Positions 32,132 through 42,603 of a DNA stretch of 64,000 bases are shown one piece after another (the stretch's first letter is position 1; each line of letters opens with the position of its first letter). The notes under the pieces were generated by a model that worked only from the letters and a program-made list of their open reading frames with translations, ran no database searches and was not told the DNA's origin. Position numbers and translations under genes: made by a program. Source of the stretch: an uncultured Acidobacteriota bacterium (lineage in GTDB: Bacteria > Acidobacteriota > Terriglobia > UBA7540); the NCBI GenBank assembly GCA_963804995.1, contig CAWDSK010000006.1, forward strand, positions 2,108,698 through 2,172,697, read 5' to 3'.

Positions 32132-34153
32132 CTATGGCTGGGGGGCGCTGCCGTGCTTCCGCTCGACCTCTTCCTTGATCGTGCACAGGGCATGGTTCCA
32201 CACGACGTCGTGCACGAATCCTGGAAACAATAATCTGGCGCCCTTCCACATCATCCGACTCGCGAGGCCCTTACCTCTCTTATAGTCGAAGGCCGTGTAG
32301 ATGGAGAGCCTGCGGTTTCCGTCCTTGGTCGGCCCGACGTTGAAGATGAGTTCTCCGTGATCCACCAGTCGCTCATCGGCATGATATAGCAAGGTTTCGA
32401 GGCCGACTCTTTTGGTGAGGCTCAGTTTCGCGCCCAACCCCATTAATCTGTATTGAATCACCGATCCGACCTGGTTGGGCGCCCCCTGGATCTGTTGAAT
32501 GTCTAGGAATCGCAGGGTTGCGAACCTCGCCTGGGGTTGGCCGAATTTGGCCAGTTCCTCCAGGATTTCTTCCTCCGAACCCCGTATCTTGATCACGTAC
32601 ATCCGTTCGAAGTCAGGCGACCTACCGAGCTCCATTCCCAGGCCTGAGGCAAACTGCTCCTTCAGCCACTCGCGCTTCTCCTTCAGCACCACGGTCGGGT
32701 AACGTCCGTACTCCCCCCATTTCAGGCCGAATAAAGCCTCGAACGCCACATTCCTCAGCGTGACTACAGCACCGGTGAGAATGGAGCGCAGGGCTTTGTA
32801 GCCGCACATCTCCTGGAACACTTCCCGATAGTCGGCCGTGCCGCTCGCGATTTTCCAGAGCACAACGCTCAAAGGCCGGTTCCGCTCGTCTCGCACCTTG
32901 GACTCCGTGGCAAACGCCTGGTACATAACCCGGCTCACCACTGGCACGGTGAACGCCACCCGGCTTGCGGCGTAGACCATCCGTCCAAAGCGATTGTCGG
33001 CCGCGAGCCACTTGACGGTCTTCCCGTACCCTCTGGCCAGAGACTGCTTGTCGACCCCCTCCTGGAGCACAGTCTCGGCAAGGCGAATAGCCGTGGCGTG
33101 GGCGGAGTAGAGACCGTCTTTGTTCAGCCGCGACCCCACCGCGTCGCCGATGATGGCAAACCGGTTGCCGAAAGGAACTTCCGCAGTGGTCACGGTCATT
33201 CTGGGAGCGCATGCGCAGGCCAGGGGAGCTGAGGCGATGCCGGGCAGGATGCGGTCGATCTGAGGCAGCGTCAGAAAATCGCGGACGATCTGGTGACTGT
33301 CGCGGGGGAGAACCGCCTCGTCAATACACTTGCCGATCATGGCGACGGTCAGGAATCTGCCCTTGGGAATGAGGGCCGTATGCTCAAGGGCGAGGCGTTT
33401 CGAGCCGTACTCCAGAAAGTAGATCTCCTGATGTATATTGCGTTCGAGATAGTCCTGGCCCACGTCGAGCTCGAAGATGAAGGCCTTTCGAGTCTTGCCG
33501 GGAAGGAACGCCGGATTCAAGCGCTGGACCGAGGCGATCAGACCATCGTCACGATAATCGAGGCCACAGTGAGCGTTGATGCCGGCAGCGATTGTCACAA
33601 AGGCGGCATCGAGTGAAACCGTCCCTCCGGAGGGCGTCCGCACCGCCAGGCAAGGCATTCCCGACGCGCCGTAGTCAATCGCCTGGACTTCGCCATACAC
33701 AACGCGCGCACCTTCTCTCACCGCCTCACCGAGCAGAAACCCATCGAACCCCGCAGGCCGGCCCATTCTTCTGCCCGGTAACGAGCCCCTGAAAACTGAG
33801 TACATCTGCAGGTCTTTGGGAACCCGCAGCCGGAAGTTCTTCCAATGACCCTGGATCCAGACATAATCGATGCGCCCCTGGATGATCTCTTCGGGAACGA
33901 CGAGACCTTGCTCGTGGAGAATTCTATTCAACCTTGGTGAGATAAGGCCCGCGCAGAAGTTGCACCCCTTGCATTGAAAGTCATCAAAACCCAGGGCGGT
34001 CGGACCACGCTTCTCGACGATGACAACGTCCAGAGTTCGATTCAGGCGCCGGGCTTCCCGAAGCAGATGGATGGCAAAGAACGAACCTGCAGGGCCGCCC
34101 CCGACGATGGCAACGCGGTCGTTGTTCTGGAGGCGCCAGGATGGAGATGACAT
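32132..34153 (-). CDS. FAD-dependent oxidoreductase (GGR-like N-terminus) with unknown C-terminal domain
   Basis: AIVGGGPAG, CNFCAG, IGDA motifs. Confidence 0.75.
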   Translation of the reverse strand: MSSPSWRLQNNDRVAIVGGGPAGSFFAIHLLREARRLNRTLDVVIVEKRGPTALGFDDFQCKGCNFCAGLISPRLNRILHEQGLVVPEEIIQGRIDYVWIQGHWKNFRLRVPKDLQMYSVFRGSLPGRRMGRPAGFDGFLLGEAVREGARVVYGEVQAIDYGASGMPCLAVRTPSGGTVSLDAAFVTIAAGINAHCGLDYRDDGLIASVQRLNPAFLPGKTRKAFIFELDVGQDYLERNIHQEIYFLEYGSKRLALEHTALIPKGRFLTVAMIGKCIDEAVLPRDSHQIVRDFLTLPQIDRILPGIASAPLACACAPRMTVTTAEVPFGNRFAIIGDAVGSRLNKDGLYSAHATAIRLAETVLQEGVDKQSLARGYGKTVKWLAADNRFGRMVYAASRVAFTVPVVSRVMYQAFATESKVRDERNRPLSVVLWKIASGTADYREVFQEMCGYKALRSILTGAVVTLRNVAFEALFGLKWGEYGRYPTVVLKEKREWLKEQFASGLGMELGRSPDFERMYVIKIRGSEEEILEELAKFGQPQARFATLRFLDIQQIQGAPNQVGSVIQYRLMGLGAKLSLTKRVGLETLLYHADERLVDHGELIFNVGPTKDGNRRLSIYTAFDYKRGKGLASRMMWKGARLLFPGFVHDVVWNHALCTIKEEVERKHGSAPQP

Positions 34154-34201
34154 TGCAGATCTCGCGCCGTTCGATTCAGGAGATGAAAGGCATCGTGCCA
34201 A

Positions 34202-34308
34202 AGGCACCTTGGAGTGCGGCGGCTCGACGCCGCCTTGAATTTACGCCGAGGACGATGCCGAAGGCGGCGTCGAGCCGCCGCACTCCAAGGTGCTTCGCAC
34301 ATTTTCAT
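34202..34308. repeat. REP doublet (TTGGAGTGCGG family)
   Basis: caccttggagtgcggcggctcgacgccgcctt ... aaggcggcgtcgagccgccgcactccaaggtg; copy at 36398-36507. Confidence 0.88.
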
Positions 34309-34481
34309 GTACAGTGGCGAGCCGAAGGCTCATGGGAATCTACGGTGAAAATTGCATTCTTTTACACCTTCGGACGCCCCTGGCACGAAATCTTCGCGCG
34401 GCAACAACGTCCTCGCGGCTAGCCCCACAGGACATGTAAGCACTTAAATCAAAACCGCTCTAATGAGTTCTTAATCCTCCG

Positions 34482-35906
34482 CTATTCGACCTGTTGAAGG
34501 CTCAGAGCGATCCTCACGCCATTCACCAGGACGACGCTTTGATTGATCAAATCCTGGTTAGTGATTTCGGCGTCCGTAAACTGGCGCAGGGGAGTGAGTG
34601 GGCAGATGAATTCCAACGCTTCGGAAGTGGTGGGGACCGTCCGGGAAAACTCATCGAGGACAGTAACATCGACGCCGCTGATCTCCTGGCCGGAGGGCAT
34701 TTTTGCCAGCAGGCCTTTCAGTTGCGGGGCCAGGAAGAGATCAAAACTCTGCGCGGCCCGCTTGTAGATCGAAGTTCCATTGCGGTCGAAAACCGCGGGG
34801 TTGCGGAGGGTGATCTGGAGATAGACCTGCTTGTGAAAGAGGCCAAGGGAGGCGGGCGCGTAGTTCACAAAATGATTATGCGCCAGGCCGTCACTGGTAA
34901 GGGCATCAAGCTGTGGCTGAAATTTCTTTTGCAGTTCGTCGAGCTCAACCGCCGTGGGCGCAGGCGTGACACTGGGCGCGGCTGGAGGAGCGCCGGCGGC
35001 GGGCATGGCGGGAGGCTCCACAGGACGCGGCAGGCGAAAGGTCGGCAGGGTGTCCCGGTAGAGTCCTGCCAGGCGGATATCTGAATCATGTATTGCCGGG
35101 GCCGGGTCAGGCTGTTTACTATCCACGCGCTCGGCGACAACCTTAGGCTCCACCGTGGGAGTCGGGTCTTGCGCCTTGACCTCCGGGTGATCGGTGACCA
35201 CTTTAGCCTGGACAGGATGGCCTGGCTCGGGTTTGTCGAGCTTCTCCACGTCAAAGGCTTTCTTCTCACCCAGAGCCAGTCCAAATTCCTTGCCGTCCAG
35301 GTAAACCTGCGAGCGGTCGATGATCTCCTGCTTCTTGGATTGCCTCTGAGCTTTGAGGAACGCCGGCACGTCGGCCTTATCGAAAACCAATGCCAGGATT
35401 TCTTTCCCTTCATAGCCGAACTGCTTGTTCTGGGTCCGCACATGGAAGGAGATTTCGAACCCGAACGCGTCGAAGGAAGGATTATCGGGAAAATATTTCA
35501 GCAGCAGGGGAAGGATGGGGGCGACCACGTCGCTCATAACCCGGTCCGCCCGCTCGTTTTGAGTGAGCAAGTCAGAACTGAAAGCGGCGTTGTAATTCCC
35601 AGAGATTTTCAGAACCGTGCGGTCGTGAAATTTCACGAACTCGATGCCGCGGCTGTCCGCGCCACGCCGGTCCTCGGAATCGTGACCGACAAACCGGGTC
35701 AGCACGAATTTGAAGGGGAGCTTCATGGCTGAAATCTCGTGATTCAACTCCATCAGCTTGTCCAGGTTGGCGGTTTCCAAGGCTTTCAAGCGGGGATTGA
35801 TGATTTCCGCCGGGCTCACCTGGCATGAGGCGGGGGAAGGATGCAGGAGCAGGGAAGCACCCAGGATCGACAGCGCTATCGGAATCAATCTTCGTGAAAT
35901 AGCCAT
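34482..35906 (-). CDS. Hypothetical exported two-domain protein with Pro-rich linker
   Basis: Signal peptide; 474-aa ORF starting 6 bp after the cytochrome c gene. Confidence 0.75.
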   Translation of the reverse strand: MAISRRLIPIALSILGASLLLHPSPASCQVSPAEIINPRLKALETANLDKLMELNHEISAMKLPFKFVLTRFVGHDSEDRRGADSRGIEFVKFHDRTVLKISGNYNAAFSSDLLTQNERADRVMSDVVAPILPLLLKYFPDNPSFDAFGFEISFHVRTQNKQFGYEGKEILALVFDKADVPAFLKAQRQSKKQEIIDRSQVYLDGKEFGLALGEKKAFDVEKLDKPEPGHPVQAKVVTDHPEVKAQDPTPTVEPKVVAERVDSKQPDPAPAIHDSDIRLAGLYRDTLPTFRLPRPVEPPAMPAAGAPPAAPSVTPAPTAVELDELQKKFQPQLDALTSDGLAHNHFVNYAPASLGLFHKQVYLQITLRNPAVFDRNGTSIYKRAAQSFDLFLAPQLKGLLAKMPSGQEISGVDVTVLDEFSRTVPTTSEALEFICPLTPLRQFTDAEITNQDLINQSVVLVNGVRIALSLQQVE

Positions 35907-35912
35907 GGTCTT

Positions 35913-36531
35913 CTACCTCACCGAATATTTAGGCCCAGGCCGCGCCGGGGGCTGATAGGACGGTTGGGCGATGGCGCGGTAAAATGCGATGACCGCGTCA
36001 ATGTCATCCGGGCTGAGCGTCTTTCCCCAGGGCGGCATGGCGATGGACTTCCCTGCCACGCCTCCGCCCGAGGTGATGACCGTCCGCACGAATTCGTCGC
36101 TGAGTGGGTTCAAGATGGCGCCGTCATTGGCCAGCGGCGGATTGGGATTCAGATTGGAGCGGTTCGAGGGGCCGGCGGGTGTCGCATCCGCATGGCACCA
36201 CACGCAATACTGATAGAACACGCGCTTACCTTGCGCTTGCTGATAGTTGAGCGGAATGACGCGCTGCGGATCGTTCCAATCCGTCTCGCTGTCATAAGCC
36301 TGCGTGAGAGGATCGGGTTTGGCCGCGGCCAGCTTTCCGCGACAGGAAACGGCCAAACCCGTAAACAGGATGAGGGCGAGGGCTATATAGATGTGCCGAA
36401 GGCACCTTGGAGTGCGGCGGCTCGAACGCCGCCTTGGAATAACGCCGGGGGGGAGGACCAAAGCGGCGTCGAGCCGCCGCACTCCAAGGTGCTTCGCACA
36501 TTTTCATCAATTTGGACAGCCGTGTTTTCAT
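35913..36531 (-). CDS. Monoheme cytochrome c lipoprotein; 5' end interrupted by REP
   Basis: CVWCH, MPPW Met ligand, lipobox LAVSC; ATG 36531 overlaps upstream stop but is out of frame across the REP. Confidence 0.75.
36398..36507. repeat. REP doublet inside cytochrome c 5' region
   Basis: Near-identical arms to 34202-34308. Confidence 0.88.
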
Positions 36532-38642
36532 TGGCCCCTCCCGGGTGTCGCGGCGGCGCGAGCGGGGCCGCTCTGCTTGAGCGTCATAAGATAAGCGGTC
36601 AAAGCCGTGCGCTCCGCGTCGGTGAAATCCCGATGTGGCTCAATCGTCCCGGGCATCAACGACTGCGGGTCCTTAAGCCATTCCTCAATCCACGCTGCGT
36701 TCATCCAGTTGCCGACGTTCGTCAAGTTGGGGCCGACGTAGCCACCCCCGGAGCCGATGGTGTGGCACGACTGGCATTGGTACTTCACTTCATAGAGTTG
36801 TTTGCCCAGGTTCGCCATCTGCGGAGTGAATCCCTTGGAATCGCCACCGGCCGGATCGACCGCCGGCGTCTGCATCACCATGCCGAGGTAATCGGCAAGG
36901 ACGGAGGCTTCTTCCCGGGTCATGTTGAATTGCGGCATGCGGAAAGTAAGCGTGGGCCGCAGGGTTTGAGGGTTCACCAGGAAATCGGCTATCCATTTCT
37001 TCTGGGCGCGGCTTCCTTCATACGTCAGGTCGGGCGCGAGTGTGCCTCCATAACCATTGAACCGGTGGCAGACGTAACACTTGTAACGTTCGTAGAGTTC
37101 GCCGAAGGTCCCGGCGGTGCGGAACTGCGGGTGAGCGGCGGGCTGGATCAATCCCTCCAGGCCGGTTGTCGCGGAAGGTCCCGTCATGCTGAGCAGCGCC
37201 GTAGTGATGGCATCCAGGTCCTCACGCGTGAGCGAATACTGCGGCATGCGCGCGGCGGCATTGACGGAGAGTGGATTCGTGATCTTGGCCTCGATGTAGG
37301 CCACGGGCGAGCGGGGAATCTTGGAAACACCAAACTCCAGTTGAGAAACCGTCTTGCTTCCCAGGCCGGCAAGGCTGGGCCCAAAGTCAGCCTGCGGAGC
37401 CACGCCTTTGACGGCATGGCAACTGGCGCAACCCTTCTCCGAGAACAACCGCCGCCCCAGTTGGACCTCTTCCGTCGTAGCCGCCTCAAGCTTTGGGGCA
37501 TCGCTTAACAGGCTGGGATCCGTCAGCTTCGATTGGATATATCGCGTTACGACATAGAGGTCCTGGTCCGACCATTGATAGCGCGGCATCTCGGCGCGGG
37601 GCAGATAGGACTGGGGATTGCGCAGCCAGGCCGCCAGCCAATCGGGGTTCACCTTGCTGCCCACCTTGGTGAGTTCCGGCCCGATGTCGCCACCGATGAG
37701 CTTGGTTTCTCCCGCGCGTGTGACCGCGAGCGAGTGGCAGGTGGTGCAGAACATTTGCCGGAATCGTGTCTCGCCCTGTTCGATAAGGTCGGGCCGCTTT
37801 TCCCACGCGGCCACGACGCCGGGATCAAACTTGTAGGGGGAGGTGGGCTGGCTCCCCAGCGTGCTGAGGTACGCTGAAAGCCCGCGCAGTTCCTTTTCAC
37901 TCAGCCGGAATTTCGGCATGCGCGGCTCGTCTTCGTTTTCGTAACCATTGGTCAGGACGCTGCCGTCGCTCGCGGTAAGGGTGCGAGGATCCTTGAGCCA
38001 CTTGTAAATCCAGGCTCGGCTTACTTTGGAACCGACGCTCGTGAGGTCAGGGCCAAGCATCGCGGGCTTTTCCATTCCCTGCAAGCGATGGCAGCCGACG
38101 CAATTCAGCGTGACCAGCAGTTCACGGCCGCGGTCGAGGCGCGGTGTCTGCGGCAGGTCTGCGCGGTGGCAGACTCCGCAGGAGGCTTGGATGTAACGGA
38201 CGGGCAGGACCGGCTGTTCCCAGGCGAGAGTGGTCTCATGCGCGTCGCGGACTTCCGTCGAAAGACCCTGGCCACGATGACAGACCACGCAACCCCAGTC
38301 CCGCACGCGATGGGGAATGGGTGAGTGCGCCCGGAAGGGTTGCGGTACGGAAGCATCCGCCAGGCTGGGCTGGGTAATGCCCTGGTGGCATGTCGTGCAG
38401 CGATCGACCACCTGCATTTGGGGAATCCAGATCTGATCAATGTCGGGATGAAAGTCTGCAAGCAGGCGCTTGGTGTCGGGCCGCGACTGCGCGAAGCGGA
38501 CGTAATCCCGCTCGTAGCGTTTCCAGGCGCGCAAGTAGTCCCGGATGGGCGAAACCGCAAGAACCGCCAGGAACACGACGCAGGAAACGGCGAAGATCAG
38601 GCGCAAGCGTCTTGAGACTTTTCCCATTTCTTCAGCAGGCAT
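36528..38642 (-). CDS. Membrane-anchored octaheme cytochrome c
   Basis: 8 CxxCH (CTTCH, CVVCH, CGVCH, CVGCH, CTTCH, CASCH, CYVCH, CQSCH); N-terminal TM; repeated GP-L/MP class-I-like domains. Confidence 0.92.
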   Translation of the reverse strand: MPAEEMGKVSRRLRLIFAVSCVVFLAVLAVSPIRDYLRAWKRYERDYVRFAQSRPDTKRLLADFHPDIDQIWIPQMQVVDRCTTCHQGITQPSLADASVPQPFRAHSPIPHRVRDWGCVVCHRGQGLSTEVRDAHETTLAWEQPVLPVRYIQASCGVCHRADLPQTPRLDRGRELLVTLNCVGCHRLQGMEKPAMLGPDLTSVGSKVSRAWIYKWLKDPRTLTASDGSVLTNGYENEDEPRMPKFRLSEKELRGLSAYLSTLGSQPTSPYKFDPGVVAAWEKRPDLIEQGETRFRQMFCTTCHSLAVTRAGETKLIGGDIGPELTKVGSKVNPDWLAAWLRNPQSYLPRAEMPRYQWSDQDLYVVTRYIQSKLTDPSLLSDAPKLEAATTEEVQLGRRLFSEKGCASCHAVKGVAPQADFGPSLAGLGSKTVSQLEFGVSKIPRSPVAYIEAKITNPLSVNAAARMPQYSLTREDLDAITTALLSMTGPSATTGLEGLIQPAAHPQFRTAGTFGELYERYKCYVCHRFNGYGGTLAPDLTYEGSRAQKKWIADFLVNPQTLRPTLTFRMPQFNMTREEASVLADYLGMVMQTPAVDPAGGDSKGFTPQMANLGKQLYEVKYQCQSCHTIGSGGGYVGPNLTNVGNWMNAAWIEEWLKDPQSLMPGTIEPHRDFTDAERTALTAYLMTLKQSGPARAAATPGRGQ

Positions 38643-38643
38643 G

Positions 38644-39342
38644 TCAGCTCCAGGGCCAGACCCAGGACCAGCCGGGACCCCTGAAAAAAGTTCCCACCGT
38701 GGTGAGCGTCAACGCGACGGCGATGAACCAAGTCATCACCCACCAGGGCAGCGACCGAGACCCCAGGAATTTGAGAAAACGCGTGCCTCCCGCCGGCCGA
38801 AAGTAAGGAGTCACGGCCAGCGCTCCCACCAGCACGGTTGGAACCAACACCGTCCAGGCCTCATAGAGGGCGAGGAAGGCGAAGAGTACCGCGAAGACCC
38901 CAATGAAAATCTGAAAACGCCGGCGCGGCTCGTGTGCCCAGAGCGGCTGGCCTTCAATATTCAAGTCAAAGTAGGGAATGACCACGAGCGCCAGAACCAC
39001 CAGGGTGGGGATCAGGACGCCGGCGACAATCGGCGGAAAGTAATGGAGCAGTTCCTGAAGCCCCAGGAAGTACCACGGCGCCTTGGCGGGATTCGGCGTA
39101 AGTAAAGGATTGGCAAGTTGCTCGAGCGGCGCGTCCCAGAAAAGCGCGATTGCCACCAGGACGATGGTGAGGACCTGGAACACCATCGCTTCCCGCAGGA
39201 TGACGTGCGGGTATGACATGAGCTGCGGCCCCACCTCACCTTTCACCTTGGCGGAGGTCTGGCGCGTTATGAAGACAATGCGCCGGGGATCCTGGATGGC
39301 GTCGGAGCTGAAACCGACTTGATAACTGTTCTTATCGCTCAT
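38644..39342 (-). CDS. Cytochrome b subunit IV-like (C-terminal half of split cytochrome b)
   Basis: [23 protein letters not shown] (PEWY-equivalent), TM helices. Confidence 0.85.
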   Translation of the reverse strand: MSDKNSYQVGFSSDAIQDPRRIVFITRQTSAKVKGEVGPQLMSYPHVILREAMVFQVLTIVLVAIALFWDAPLEQLANPLLTPNPAKAPWYFLGLQELLHYFPPIVAGVLIPTLVVLALVVIPYFDLNIEGQPLWAHEPRRRFQIFIGVFAVLFAFLALYEAWTVLVPTVLVGALAVTPYFRPAGGTRFLKFLGSRSLPWWVMTWFIAVALTLTTVGTFFRGPGWSWVWPWS

Positions 39343-40081
39343 GATCGTCTCGCACCGTAAGTCCGCCGTCCTTCTGAATCCGCCAGAAGTGCACCCCGAT
39401 CAGGCCGACGGCGGCCAGCGGCAGAATCACGCAGTGCAGCACATAAAAACGCAGGAGCGCGTTCTGCCCAATGATGTGCCCCCCGAGCAACAGGAAACGA
39501 ATGGGGCGCCCCATCAGAGGAACGTAGCTGATGATGTTCGTTCCCACCGTGATCGCCCAAAAAGCCAGTTGATCCCAGGGAAGCAGGTAACCGGTGTAAC
39601 TCAAGAAAAGCGTGACCAGCAGCAGGCCCACACCCACCACCCAATTGAACTCGTGGGGGGGCTTGTAGCCGCCGCGATAGAAAACGTGAAACATGTGCCA
39701 GAACACCGCCAATACCATCGCCTGGGCCGCAAGGCGGTGGAGATTGCGGAGAAAGACCCCGTTCGAAACCACGTAGCCCAGATCCTTCATGTCGCGGTAA
39801 GCATCGGGCACGGCGGGGTGATAGTAGAGCATCAACAGAATTCCGGTGATGGTGAGCAGTACAAAGAGGAAAAAGGAAATTGATCCCAGGTAATAAGTGG
39901 CGCGGACGCTCAGAGATTTCTCGCGGACCTTTACGGGCAGGATGTGCAGAGAAAGATTGCCAAAGACCGCCAGGCTGCGGGTGCGATTGGTGCGCGCTGG
40001 GCCGCGGCGAAAGATGGAGCGCCACACGCGCGTTTGCCGGAGCAGATCGAGCCATTGCGGGGTCCAGGGTGTTGTCGCCAT
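39332..40081 (-). CDS. Cytochrome b6-like (N-terminal half) of Rieske/cytb complex
   Basis: [33 protein letters not shown] heme ligands. Confidence 0.93.
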   Translation of the reverse strand: MATTPWTPQWLDLLRQTRVWRSIFRRGPARTNRTRSLAVFGNLSLHILPVKVREKSLSVRATYYLGSISFFLFVLLTITGILLMLYYHPAVPDAYRDMKDLGYVVSNGVFLRNLHRLAAQAMVLAVFWHMFHVFYRGGYKPPHEFNWVVGVGLLLVTLFLSYTGYLLPWDQLAFWAITVGTNIISYVPLMGRPIRFLLLGGHIIGQNALLRFYVLHCVILPLAAVGLIGVHFWRIQKDGGLTVRDDHER

Positions 40082-40087
40082 GCGTCC

Positions 40088-40582
40088 TCAGACTCTCAGA
40101 ATCTCTGTTTCGTTCACGGTTTCGAGTTTGTCCACTACCAACGCACCATCGGCGGCGATTCGCACGGCGAAGTGCGGAAGCGGCCGGGGCGCTGGCCCTG
40201 CTCCCACCTTCCCGTTTCTTTCGAATTTGCTGCCATGGCACGGGCAGGCGATCTGGTCAGACTCAGGTTTCCATTGCGTAATGCAGCCCAGATGCGTGCA
40301 GACGGCCGACATCGCCCACAAACCTTTGTCGGTCCGGACAATGTAAACCTGCTGGTCCTGAAGGTAAGTGACCGAATTCACCGCGTAGTCGTCAGGCGAG
40401 CCGGCGCGGAAGGTGGTGGGTGGCTCAAATAAAACGTTCGGTGAAGAATACTTCACGGTGACAACCGCAGCGCCGAGACCGGCGATCGCCAGTGCCCCGC
40501 CTGCGATTTCATTGAGAAAATCACGCCGGCTGACCCCGGGTTGTTCTTCCGCTTTTGCGGGCACGCTCGGTTCACCGGGCAT
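40088..40582 (-). CDS. Rieske 2Fe-2S subunit, Tat-anchored
   Basis: SRRDFL, CTHLGC, CPCHGSKF, GPAPRPL. Confidence 0.93.
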   Translation of the reverse strand: MPGEPSVPAKAEEQPGVSRRDFLNEIAGGALAIAGLGAAVVTVKYSSPNVLFEPPTTFRAGSPDDYAVNSVTYLQDQQVYIVRTDKGLWAMSAVCTHLGCITQWKPESDQIACPCHGSKFERNGKVGAGPAPRPLPHFAVRIAADGALVVDKLETVNETEILRV

Positions 40583-42531
40583 ATGAACTCTCCCTCGTTC
40601 CTTCTGGCACGCTGTCAGGGTCGTGATCAAAAACCTCAAAAGCTTCCATGGTGATGGTGTGCGCAGGGCAGCGCTCCGCGCAAAGGCCGCAGCGAATGCA
40701 GATGGTTTCGTCTTTCACCATCACGGAACCCTGGGCGGACAAAATGTCGTCAGGCGTCAAGTGCTGGAAAGTAATCGGGTCTGAGCCCACATCTTCGGGG
40801 ATTAGCCCTTTATCCACTTTGGAAATGCTCAATTGACCGAGCGGCACAAGTTGCAGGCAATCTTCCGGGCAGACATCCACACAACCGCCACAGAGGATGC
40901 ACTCGGTTCCTCGGGTTTCGTTCCCATCGAAAATGGTATTGATCCAGCACTTAAGGCAGCGCGATGCTTCCAGGCGAGCCTGTTCTTCCGTGTAGCCGGT
41001 TTCCACCTCTGCCACGCCGGTGCGGCGGTCAAGGGAAATCGTGGGCACGGACTGGCGCGTGTATTCGTCGTAGTTCGTGGCCATCTCGTGGTGGTCGAGC
41101 ACCGTAATCTGTACATACCGAGGCTTGGGCTTCCAGTTGGGACCTTGCAGATAGCGATCGATTTCCTCTGCGGCTTTCTTGCCATCCGCAACGGCGCTGA
41201 TGATAAGGCGCGGACCAAAGGCGATGTCGCCCGCCGCGAAGATTCCGGGAGCCGTGGTGCGGAGCGTATCGGGATCAATCTTGACGGTCCCCTGACGGGT
41301 CGTCTCAACTCCGTCCTGCGGTTTCAGGAAAGACAGGTCGGAGGTCTGCCCGATGGCCAGGATCGCGGTGTCACAATCCAGAATGCTCTCCGTCCCCGCT
41401 TCAAAAACAGGATTAAAGCGATGCTGGGCGTCGAAAACAGAGGTGCAGTGAATGGTTTCGAGCCCCGCCAAGCTTTCCGTTCTTGTCGACGAACCTGCGA
41501 GGGCCGCGCGAAGGGTGAATGTTCAGACCTTCGACCAGGGCCTCCTCAATCTCTTCCTCGAAGGCTGGCATCTCGGCTCGCGACTCAAGGCACACCATGT
41601 GGACTTCCCGCGCGCCCAACCGCAGCGCCGTGCGGGTGACATCCATTAACTCCTTCATGGCCACGTCGCGTTCGGCGTCGCTCAGCCGGTCAGGAAGAAG
41701 GGAACTGGTCAGCACATCGAGCGTCTGGCGTTGCTGCTGGCGAAGCGCCGTGCGCGCCACGTCAATCGCCACGTTGCCTCCGCCAATTACGACCACGCGG
41801 CTGCCAATAGAAAAGCGGTAGCCGAGGTTCGCGTTCAGCAGGAAATCCGTCCCCGTGATGACGCCATCGAGATCTCGTCCGGGAAGCATCAGGTCGCGGC
41901 TGCGGTGTAGACCAATTGCCAGCAGGATGGCCTTGAAGCCTTCCCTGCGCAGGTCTTCCAGGGAAAAGTCACCCAGGCGGCTGTTGAGCCGCAAGTCAGG
42001 CCCGAGCGCGAGAATCTCCCGGACCTGAGCCTGTACCACGTCGCGCGGCAACCGGTATTCGGGAATCCCCAGGTGCAGCATCCCGCCGGGGACTGGGGCG
42101 GCTTCAAAGATCGTTACGGGATAACCCAACAGGGCGAGGTCATGAGCGGCCGCCAAACCTGCTGGCCCGGAACCGATCACCGCCACGCGGTCGGCATGAG
42201 TCACGCGTGGCCTTTCCGGGTAAAGCTCCAGGGGATTGCGCGATTCGGGCCCGTGGCGCTCCGTGACAAAGCGCTTAAGCGCCCGGATCGAGATGGGCGC
42301 GTCGAACTGCCCGCGACGGCAGGCGGTTTCGCACGGGTGACCGCACACACGGCCGCAGATCGAGGCCAGAGGGTTTGGAGCGCGGGCGTACCGGTAGGCT
42401 TCCTCATATCGGCCTTCCGCAATCAACGCCACGTAGCGGCCCGCTTGCGTGTGGACAGGACAGGCCTGCATGCAGGGAAAGTTCGACTCCAGCCAATCCA
42501 GGTCAACCAATTTGGTCCGCTGCTCGGTCAC
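40572..42531 (-). CDS. GltD/NfnB-like FAD/NAD(P) oxidoreductase with C-terminal 2x[4Fe-4S] domain; frameshift near 41470
   Basis: CMQACP, CGRVCGHPCETAC, GSGPAG, GGGNVAID, AAGD, EASRCLKC, CILCGGCVDVCP, CIRCGLCAERCP; start 42531 or 42555. Confidence 0.88.
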
Positions 42532-42603
42532 GTTACCGCTCCACTCGGTTCGCACTCAAAAGACTCCGCACCTTCTGCCGCCTCGCCAATCCACGGTACC
42601 TGC

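Noticed and set aside
6708..41480. Programmed frameshifting or pseudogenisation in AKR, esterase, URO-D (twice), ppk1 and the flavoprotein
   Set aside because: Each is repaired by deleting one base, with no slippery motifs and no other decay; most consistent with sequencing insertion errors
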